From an uncultured archaeon (GTDB lineage Archaea; Asgardarchaeota; Heimdallarchaeia; Heimdallarchaeales; Kariarchaeaceae), in contig CAZYCQ010000086.1 of the NCBI GenBank assembly GCA_964645535.1, positions 1 to 10,019 of the forward strand: DNA of 10,019 nt, written 5' to 3'. The notes beneath the pieces are model-generated. The model saw nothing but the letters and a program-made list of their open reading frames with translations. It was not told the origin of the DNA and did not search any database. How positions within the stretch are numbered: the first letter of the stretch is position 1; each line of letters begins with the position of its first letter. This document shows, one piece after another, positions 1-6,841 of this stretch. The translations under genes were made by a program, and so were the position numbers.

Positions 1-23
1 ATTCAAGACAAGTTATTGATCGA

Positions 24-1442
24 TCAAAGTACAACCGTCTCAATCAAACTCCTTTCCAATTGATGCAAGGTAGTTGTTTCATAAACAGGAATTCCAGATT
101 TTTGTACAAACGAAACAATGCTGTCAGCAGTATTCCAATATATTTGAGGTTCAGGATTGAATACAATAATGCGATTTACCATTTCTTTGAGTTTTGACAA
201 AATTCTTACGGAGGCAGGGTAACCATGGGGACGCGATCCTAACCAATCCCGTAAATCACCCAAAATGATAAGCGTGGTTTTTGAAGAAAGATATTCACGC
301 GCCATGTTTTCAAATTGAGAAAGAGCCATCTCATAGTTGCTGCTTTGCTTGCCGAATGTAACTTTATTCCATTCATTGATTGCAGCATTGACGCTTTTAT
401 ATAATGATTCACCAGATTCATAGGCGGAAGTAACATCGACACAAGACCCCACAAATTCATAGAAACGAACCCTATTGAAATATTCCCTCAATTCACCCAA
501 CAAAAGGAGGAATAGCCTTGTTGCATAAACAGTCGATGGACTTACATCAGTCAAAACAATTAATTGGGGTTTAGTCTTTCGTACACGTCGAGCCACGAGA
601 TTAACCATCACACCCCCATTTTGAAGATTCTTTCGGAAAGTTCGTCTAAAGTCAACCTTGCGCCTTCCTCGTTCAAGTTTTCTCTTTCGAATTGTTGCAA
701 TCCTTTTGGCAATACGTTTAAGTGCCTGCCGCAACTCATGGTTTTCCTTTAGTTGAAAAAAGTCCTTTTCTTCAATTGAATGAAGCTTTAATGGATTATC
801 ATTGAAAGAGAGGGCATTTTGAATGAGTTTTTGATCAACCGCAGTTCTGAACGTCTTTTTTATTTCCTGTGCTCTTTGCGGAAAAAGCTGGTCAACAATG
901 GTATTGATTTTTTCTAGAGCCGTATCTCTCCTCGTCATGACTTCATCAAAGTCAGTATTCAATGCCAATAGATATCTTGACACCAAAGCATCGGCTGCCG
1001 ATTCTATGTTTTCTTCAACCATTTTGCGCAACACAAACTTGAAATCTGAATGGAAAGAAAGGAGGGTATTTGGATTAGTTAGACCCGAAACCGTAGCCAA
1101 CCCAGTTCCAGCACCGATGGCAACACCACCAATGGGGTTTGGACAATGCGGATTATTGCCGAATTGTGGTCGGAACTGTTCGCTAGGTTTAACCCCCCAT
1201 TCATTTTCCTTGTTTTTTCGAGCATTTTCCAGGATCTGATCCAAGGGGCTTTGTCCAGCGACGACCTGATCAAAAATGAAATTAAAAAGTTCACGTTCAT
1301 CTTTTGATTTTGCGACAATGGCACCAATGGACAATTTGAGGTCTTCTTTTGAATCGGCAATCGAGTAAACCCGTGCGATATCGATCGATTGGTCAATACT
1401 TACCATAAAGCCGAAGTCTCGGAGGATTTTCGTAATCAACAT
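24..1442 (-). CDS. VWA domain-containing protein, CoxE-like (partner of MoxR AAA+ ATPase)
   Basis: 472-aa ORF. It has the CoxE-type 'KVDFRRTFRKNLQNGG' segment, a MIDAS-like motif 'LIVLTDVSPST' (DxSxS) and the downstream 'TTLIILGDLRD' and 'FNPEPQIYWNTADS' motifs typical of VWA_CoxE. It lies directly downstream of a MoxR ATPase on the same strand. Confidence 0.88.
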   Translation of the reverse strand: MLITKILRDFGFMVSIDQSIDIARVYSIADSKEDLKLSIGAIVAKSKDERELFNFIFDQVVAGQSPLDQILENARKNKENEWGVKPSEQFRPQFGNNPHCPNPIGGVAIGAGTGLATVSGLTNPNTLLSFHSDFKFVLRKMVEENIESAADALVSRYLLALNTDFDEVMTRRDTALEKINTIVDQLFPQRAQEIKKTFRTAVDQKLIQNALSFNDNPLKLHSIEEKDFFQLKENHELRQALKRIAKRIATIRKRKLERGRRKVDFRRTFRKNLQNGGVMVNLVARRVRKTKPQLIVLTDVSPSTVYATRLFLLLLGELREYFNRVRFYEFVGSCVDVTSAYESGESLYKSVNAAINEWNKVTFGKQSSNYEMALSQFENMAREYLSSKTTLIILGDLRDWLGSRPHGYPASVRILSKLKEMVNRIIVFNPEPQIYWNTADSIVSFVQKSGIPVYETTTLHQLERSLIETVVL

Positions 1443-1494
1443 CCGTTATTTCATTCGGTCTTCTAAATATGTTGTTTTCTAAGAAAAGAACCAC

Positions 1495-2343
1495 CTATAA
1501 ATCACCAAGGGATTTTTTTACAATTTCCTTTGCTTCATTCAGGTCAGATCGGTTTTTGATAAGGACACCCAAAATTCCCTCCAGGTGAGTCTCATCAAGA
1601 AATTCAGCCCCAAGAACAGCAATTGCCTTGGCAAAATCAATTGTTTCTGCAATGGAAGGCGGTTGTGAAATCTTAGGGGTATCTCTCAACCGCATTGCAA
1701 CGGACACAATTTTTCGTGCGATCTGTTGATCGATATCCGGTACATGAAGGCGGATGATTTCGATTTCCCGTTCTGTTGAGGGATAATCGAGGTGGAGGTA
1801 TAAGGATCGTCTTCTGAGAGCATGTGACAGGGTTCTTGTTGCATTTGAAGTGAGGACGATAAGCGGGACTTGCCTTGCAGGGATGGTGCCCAATTCAGGG
1901 ACGGTGATTTGGTACTCACCTAGAGCCTCTAGCAGGAAAGCTTCAAACTCCTCATCAGCCCTATCAATTTCATCAATCAGGAGGACGACCTTGGATGGAT
2001 TGAGAAATGCTTTAAGGAGAGGTCGTTCTATGAAAAATTCCTTGGTGAAAACGTTTTCCAGGTTCAATTCCAGATTGTTTTTTTTGGCATGTTCAATTGC
2101 CAGCAATTGTTTTGTGTAATTGAATTCCCCGATAATCTGTTCTGCGGTAATACCTTCATAGCATTGTATTCTGAAGAGAGGTGCATCCATCATTTTGGCA
2201 AGGGCTTTTGCCAATGCAGTTTTCCCGGTTCCCGGGGGTCCTTCAATGAGGATTGGACGCCCAAGTTTCTTTGCGAGAGTGGTTATTGTTCGAATTTGAT
2301 GGTCGGCGATATATCCTGCTTTGAAGAATTCGTCATCATTCAC
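1495..2343 (-). CDS. MoxR-family AAA+ ATPase, CoxD-like
   Basis: 282-aa ORF with GTG start. Walker A GPPGTGKT, CoxD-type 'RIQCYEG' motif, Walker B 'LLIDEIDRADEEFEAFLLE', sensor-1 'LTSN', Arg finger 'ALRRR' and C-terminal 'PSIAETID' motif. Confidence 0.93.
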   Translation of the reverse strand: MNDDEFFKAGYIADHQIRTITTLAKKLGRPILIEGPPGTGKTALAKALAKMMDAPLFRIQCYEGITAEQIIGEFNYTKQLLAIEHAKKNNLELNLENVFTKEFFIERPLLKAFLNPSKVVLLIDEIDRADEEFEAFLLEALGEYQITVPELGTIPARQVPLIVLTSNATRTLSHALRRRSLYLHLDYPSTEREIEIIRLHVPDIDQQIARKIVSVAMRLRDTPKISQPPSIAETIDFAKAIAVLGAEFLDETHLEGILGVLIKNRSDLNEAKEIVKKSLGDL

Positions 2344-2403
2344 AGATCCATGTTGTTTGATGACCTTATGGTTTTTTGGTAATGGTCAAGAGATGATTCA
2401 AAT

Positions 2404-2536
2404 CAATGTAAACATTGTATTAAATTGTAAACAATATACGGGATAATTAGCATACATTGAATACAATATATACAAACTAGCGCAATACAGACTAGGCACA
2501 AAAAGACATACAAAGAACACAGTGTAACAAAGAACA
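2404..2536. repeat. AT-rich cluster of palindromes and short degenerate direct repeats in a divergent intergenic region
   Basis: Inverted repeats CAATGT-aa-ACATTG (2404-2417) and ATTGT-aa-ACAAT (2424-2435) share a TGTAAACA core. ATACA occurs at 2452, 2461, 2470, 2485 and 2508. ATACARACTAG occurs at 2470 and 2485, and ACAAAGAACA at 2510 and 2527. Confidence 0.6.
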
Positions 2537-2566
2537 TGGAAAGAGTTTTGTTGGGGGAGATGTATT

Positions 2567-3835
2567 GTGTTTTTGATGGACGTCCCCACCATTTCGGGAA
2601 ACTATCGAGGGTTTGCATTCTTCAGATCAGGGGAACACACCCCCTTAGTTGAAAAGGCCCTTGCATTTTGGCAGCGGTTTGCGAAACAGCATGATCAAGC
2701 GGAACGGATTGGAAAACGCCTTTTGGGTTCAATCACAACTACCGAAAGGGACGAAATTGTAAGGGAGATGGAACAGTATTATGCACCACCCCCACCACGG
2801 AATTTGGAGCGAATCAATTTCGAATACCTACGGACATGCTTTGGTCAAGGACAATTGACGTGGCGAAGGGTTCATCCCAAGGTCATCCAATTGGAAGTTA
2901 TTTTTGACACAAGGCTTTCATTGAGTGTGAATCCATTTTTTCGATTTTTCAAGCAATTCAAAGGATTTTGCGGCATTCTTGATGAATTCTGGATGCATTA
3001 CAATGCGAACGGCACGATTGGTTCGGGAATCAATGCAGTCCCCCCAGGAGTTCGAGAAATGGAAAGTACCGCGATTGAATGGATGGAATCCATTGATTAC
3101 AACGATACGGTATTGGAAGATGTGTTTCTACTTCTTTTGGACCGTTACACCAAGACGAGAGCTTTTAAACGGAAGGAAACATTTTTCGAGAGAGTGGTCG
3201 GGGGCATCTATCTCTCGAAGGAGATCCGTCGTCGTGCATTGAAGCAGATCACAAAATTGGATCAACTCATTCTCTTGAGGCACAGGCATCCGGACATGCA
3301 GGAGGAAATCGATCGGCAGATCCGTAGTTTGGAGGAATTCATAGCTTCAACAGAATCTCATAGGGAACATATGCTCACCCGGTTAGATCTTCTTGATAGA
3401 GCAACAGTTGAATCGACAATCAGGGAAAGATATACCCATCTTGAAGAGAAACTGATCCGAAAGCTTGCAAAAATGATTATTCGTGTCCGGAAGAATACGT
3501 TTTCATCGCGGGCGAAAGCTCCGGAGGGGCATGTGGGAGTGGTCTGCACATCGGTGTTGGACGGGAACCGGTACATCATCCGAGTGCTTCCCGGCCAGCC
3601 CCCATTCAGAGAATTGCTGGTGAGGTGCGACAAGGAGATCAGGTTCATTCATCCGATAGGTTCATTGTTCGTGGTATGGCTCCCACGAGTTGTGACAGGA
3701 GACGAAAAATACTATAGATCATACAATAATGTCGCCTTGCACATTGAGTTTCCGACACTTCTTGTGGAACCCGAAGGAGAGAGAGACGAGGAAGATGAAG
3801 AAGAAGTAATTGAAGAATACCAAATATCACAATGA
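2567..3835 (+). CDS. Hypothetical multidomain protein with acidic C-terminal tail
   Basis: 422-aa ORF filling the gap between recognised genes. The start is either GTG 2567 or ATG 2576, with purine-rich GGGGGAG at 2553-2559. No confidently recognised family. The middle is helical, the C-terminal domain is beta-rich, and the tail is EGERDEEDEEEVIEE. Confidence 0.8.
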   Translation: MFLMDVPTISGNYRGFAFFRSGEHTPLVEKALAFWQRFAKQHDQAERIGKRLLGSITTTERDEIVREMEQYYAPPPPRNLERINFEYLRTCFGQGQLTWRRVHPKVIQLEVIFDTRLSLSVNPFFRFFKQFKGFCGILDEFWMHYNANGTIGSGINAVPPGVREMESTAIEWMESIDYNDTVLEDVFLLLLDRYTKTRAFKRKETFFERVVGGIYLSKEIRRRALKQITKLDQLILLRHRHPDMQEEIDRQIRSLEEFIASTESHREHMLTRLDLLDRATVESTIRERYTHLEEKLIRKLAKMIIRVRKNTFSSRAKAPEGHVGVVCTSVLDGNRYIIRVLPGQPPFRELLVRCDKEIRFIHPIGSLFVVWLPRVVTGDEKYYRSYNNVALHIEFPTLLVEPEGERDEEDEEEVIEEYQISQ

Positions 3836-3915
3836 TATCAAATTGGAGAGAAATTTTTCGGATGGTAATTAGTCGGAAAGGAAGAGATTAAAAAAACCGA
3901 AACAGAAGTTTTCTC

Positions 3916-4524
3916 ATGGATAATGGAAAGATGCCGGGAGATGGGTTGAAAATCTATGGTGAAGCCAAGCTCCCATCCCGTTTTGGCAATTTCAAGATTT
4001 ACAGTTTCAAGGGTACGCCAGACGGGAAGGATCACATTGCTGTTGTTGCGGGAGATGTTCAAGGTAAGGAGGACGTTCTGACTCGAGTGCATTCGGAATG
4101 CCTGACCGGCGATGTTTTTGGAAGTTTGCGATGTGATTGTCGGGAACAGCTGGAATTGGCACTTGATCGGCTCAGGCAGGAAGGAGAAGGAGTCATCATT
4201 TATCACCGGCAGGAAGGCAGAGGGATTGGATTGGCCAATAAGATCAAGGCCTATGAATTGCAAGATCAGGGATACAATACCATCGAGGCGAATGAGAAGC
4301 TGGGGTTCAAGGCGGATCAGAGGGATTATGCGGTAGTTCCTTTAATTCTGGAGGCATTGGGGGTCAAATCCATCAGATTGATGACCAACAATCCCGCCAA
4401 GCTCAGTGCTCTTCGTAGATTGGGAGTGAAGATCACCGGAAGGGTTGACCATCATGTGGACCCCAACGAATACAATGAGTTTTATTTAGAGACGAAGCGG
4501 GTAAAGATGGGGCATTGGCTTTAA
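3916..4524 (+). CDS. ribA: GTP cyclohydrolase II (stand-alone, riboflavin biosynthesis)
   Basis: Signature 'RVHSECLTGDVFGSLRCDCREQL' with three Zn-binding Cys, plus 'QEGRGIGLANKIKAYELQDQG', 'LMTNNPAK' and C-terminal 'YLETKRVKMGH'. An alternative start is ATG 3931. Confidence 0.96.
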   Translation: MDNGKMPGDGLKIYGEAKLPSRFGNFKIYSFKGTPDGKDHIAVVAGDVQGKEDVLTRVHSECLTGDVFGSLRCDCREQLELALDRLRQEGEGVIIYHRQEGRGIGLANKIKAYELQDQGYNTIEANEKLGFKADQRDYAVVPLILEALGVKSIRLMTNNPAKLSALRRLGVKITGRVDHHVDPNEYNEFYLETKRVKMGHWL

Positions 4525-6122
4525 TCAAGTGGATATATTTTGGTGATGGTACCGATTCCTTTGGTTCGTCCTTCCCTGAAGATGAATCGTTGGCCAACGG
4601 AGATGTATTCCGGCCGGTAGAGGAACTTGAAGGAAACTTGTGCCCGGTCACCAGTTCTGAGGAGGGGTTGGGAGATTTCCATGATACGGGCACTTTGTTG
4701 GACGGACTGGGTATGGATGACGGGAGTGTAGCCAGGTTTGATGGTAGTGCTGTGATACAAAATGAAGACTTCTCCATCAAATCTAAAGCTTGCGCCAGGG
4801 GATTCCCTAGCAGACAGAAGAACCATACCCTTTCTCACTTCATCTTTTTTCACGGTATGCAGTGCAAATGTTGCATCCTGTCCTGCAACGGCTCGATCCG
4901 TGATCACTCGTTTGTAATGGATGGATTTGATTCGAACCAATTTGAATTTTCCGCCTTCGAATGGTCCGAGATATACATTATCGTTTGCATTGATGACTCC
5001 CGAATAGATTCTTGCGGACACCACGGTACCGACACCGGGTACAGAAAAGGTTTCTGTGATGTAAGCACCAAACTCTTTTGACTGGAGTTCATTTGCAGGT
5101 TTTTTGGCAGGGAGGAGGTTGAGGAATCTTTTGAAGAGGTCAAGGTTCTCACCGGTTGAGGCGGAGATGAGAAAGATCGGGATGATATTGCCATGGGAGA
5201 TGTTCTGTGCAGCGAGAAGGACATCGTTTTGATTCTTGACGATCAGCGGAACCTTTGAGACGCCTGGAAGTTTGAGGAGTTTTTTCAGATCGTCCTTGGT
5301 TTTTGAAAGGACTGTATCCGGGGTCATATCGATCTTGGTAATGACGACGAATGTGGGGAGCTTCAGGGCGATGATCAATCCAAGGTGTTCCTTTGTCATT
5401 TTGAGGATGCCTTGATTGGCTGCGACAATGAGCATGGCATAACGTGCGCCGAGTCCTGCAAGCCCATAGATGGTCGTTTTGAGGTATTTCTCATGGCCCG
5501 CCAAGTCATGGAAGGAAATGGTCTTGATTGATCGTTCAAGGATCTGAAGATCGGTAGGAGGGTGCACTGGATCCTGGTTGACTATATTCCCATCAACATC
5601 GATACCGATGGTAGTTGAGCTGATGGATGAGGTTCGACCTGTTTCCAGTTCATGTTTGTGTCTAAACACTGCAGTTCGTGCACTTCCCCTACCGTCATCA
5701 AGATGACCGGTTTTGAGCACGCCGATAAGAGTGGATTTGCCTGCATCAACGTTACCGAGGGATACCACGGGGATGTCAACAGGAAGTCGTTCAGGGTCTT
5801 TGACTTTACGTACCAGAACTTCAGTTACCAATCGACCTTCATTTTCAGTTTGACGGAGAACAGTGGTCTTGGCATTGATCATCTTTGCAATTTCCCCCAA
5901 CTGTTCCAAAGTTGCTTTCATCTCTTCTGGAGTAATTCCTTCCGGTCTGCCATCATCAGTGATGCCAAGAATGTAGATAGCCTCCCCATTTCCTTCAAAG
6001 AGGCGGAACTTCATTTGCGACGCCAATTCATTCATTCTTTTTGCATCTGCCGAGATCTTGAGTTTGTATTCGACATTGCCATACTCCCGTTCCGGGATAC
6101 CTGCGTAGGGAACCTCCGCCAT
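4521..6122 (-). CDS. GTPBP1/GTPBP2-like translational GTPase (EF-Tu/eEF1A superfamily)
   Basis: G1 GNVDAGKST, family-specific 'LDDGRGSARTAVFRHKHELETGRTSSIS', G3 'DLAGHEKYLKTT', G4 TKID, G5 ISA, then beta-barrel domains II/III ending 'FREGRTKGIG'. The start is moved from the ORF-track value (6191) to ATG 6122 (MAEVP..., 533 aa). This removes the overlap with the HAD gene and puts a TATA-like box about 25 nt upstream. Confidence 0.95.
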   Translation of the reverse strand: MAEVPYAGIPEREYGNVEYKLKISADAKRMNELASQMKFRLFEGNGEAIYILGITDDGRPEGITPEEMKATLEQLGEIAKMINAKTTVLRQTENEGRLVTEVLVRKVKDPERLPVDIPVVSLGNVDAGKSTLIGVLKTGHLDDGRGSARTAVFRHKHELETGRTSSISSTTIGIDVDGNIVNQDPVHPPTDLQILERSIKTISFHDLAGHEKYLKTTIYGLAGLGARYAMLIVAANQGILKMTKEHLGLIIALKLPTFVVITKIDMTPDTVLSKTKDDLKKLLKLPGVSKVPLIVKNQNDVLLAAQNISHGNIIPIFLISASTGENLDLFKRFLNLLPAKKPANELQSKEFGAYITETFSVPGVGTVVSARIYSGVINANDNVYLGPFEGGKFKLVRIKSIHYKRVITDRAVAGQDATFALHTVKKDEVRKGMVLLSARESPGASFRFDGEVFILYHSTTIKPGYTPVIHTQSVQQSARIMEISQPLLRTGDRAQVSFKFLYRPEYISVGQRFIFREGRTKGIGTITKIYPLD

Positions 6123-6184
6123 TATTGAAAAATGGGGTGCGTCTAAATAAAGGCTTTTGATTAAGGGGAAATTTTCAGATTTGA
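6123..6184. promoter_or_regulatory. Compact bidirectional archaeal-type promoter (GTPase / HAD)
   Basis: 62-bp divergent gap. On the minus strand, AAAAGcc-TTTATTTA (6151-6144) is centred about 25 nt before ATG 6122. On the plus strand, TTGATTAA (6157-6164) is centred about 25 nt before ATG 6185. Confidence 0.55.
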
Positions 6185-6805
6185 ATGGCAAGGCCGAAAA
6201 TCATCCTTTTTGATTTGGATGGGACGTTGGTGGATACAAAGGAGATTGTGGCAGAGATCTATGCAGAAGGGCTTAGAAAAATGGGACTTTCTCCACCTTC
6301 CCTCTCAAAGATCATGGCTCTTTCAGGCCTTTCCACATTTGAAACCGGAAGGCATCTGGGAGTTCCCGAGAATCGACTGGATGAGATTGACCGATGGTTT
6401 TGGGATCAATTCCGGAAATTCTGTGAAGATCCATCAGAAGTCCCCTACGTTTTCACAGAGGTTCCATCCCTTCTTGAGTTTTTGACAGGTCTAGGAATTG
6501 ATCTTGGAATCGTGACATCAAATGACAGTATGAATGCACGGCTTTTGATGCGAAAGGCGAAGTTGGAGAGATATTTTTCCGCAATCATTGGATTCAGGGA
6601 GGTGACCAATCCCAAGCCCTCAGGAGAACCAATCAGGATTGCTGTTGAGAGAATTAGCAATGGAGTTGGAATGGATTTTTCCAAAGATGTTTGGATGGTG
6701 GGAGACACGGATTCGGATTGGCAGTCTGCTTTGGATGCGGGAGTCAGGCCATTGATATTGAACAGACATCTAAATTCATTGAATGACCTCAAGAAGTTAT
6801 TGTAA
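6185..6805 (+). CDS. HAD-superfamily hydrolase (phosphoglycolate phosphatase/PpaX-like, subfamily IA)
   Basis: Motif I 'FDLDGTLVD', motif II 'IVTSN', motif III 'PKPSGEP' and motif IV 'MVGDTDSD', with a helical C1 cap. The substrate cannot be determined from sequence. Confidence 0.92.
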   Translation: MARPKIILFDLDGTLVDTKEIVAEIYAEGLRKMGLSPPSLSKIMALSGLSTFETGRHLGVPENRLDEIDRWFWDQFRKFCEDPSEVPYVFTEVPSLLEFLTGLGIDLGIVTSNDSMNARLLMRKAKLERYFSAIIGFREVTNPKPSGEPIRIAVERISNGVGMDFSKDVWMVGDTDSDWQSALDAGVRPLILNRHLNSLNDLKKLL

Positions 6806-6830
6806 ACCCAGTATCCACTCAGTGAAAATT

Positions 6831-6841
6831 AAAAAAAAAAA
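6831..6841 (-). terminator. Oligo-T (T11) terminator on minus strand
   Basis: An A11 run on the plus strand (6831-6841) reads as U11 on the minus strand, immediately after a 12-bp stem. Confidence 0.65.

Noticed and set aside
2400-2540. CRISPR array or archaeal ORB replication origin
   Set aside because: The repeats are only 5-11 bp with no regular unique spacers. There is no ORB consensus with a G-string and no cas or cdc6 gene nearby.
2398-2618. Short minus-strand ORFs (64 and 71 aa, Cys/Tyr/Val-rich)
   Set aside because: Their composition simply reflects the TGTAT low-complexity repeats, and they overlap the start of the 422-aa ORF.
3838-4263. 141-aa minus-strand ORF and other short nested ORFs across the window
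   Set aside because: They are antisense or out-of-frame shadows of well-supported genes (ribA, VWA, MoxR, HAD, bactofilin-like, ABC).
4515-5081. 188-aa plus-strand ORF (and 5652-6128, 158 aa)
   Set aside because: These are antisense shadows of the highly conserved GTPase and show no recognisable motifs.
6123-6191. N-terminal extension of the GTPase given by the ORF track (MPFKSENF...)
   Set aside because: It uses a non-ATG start, overlaps the HAD start, and runs through the divergent promoter. ATG 6122 fits the family N-terminus better.
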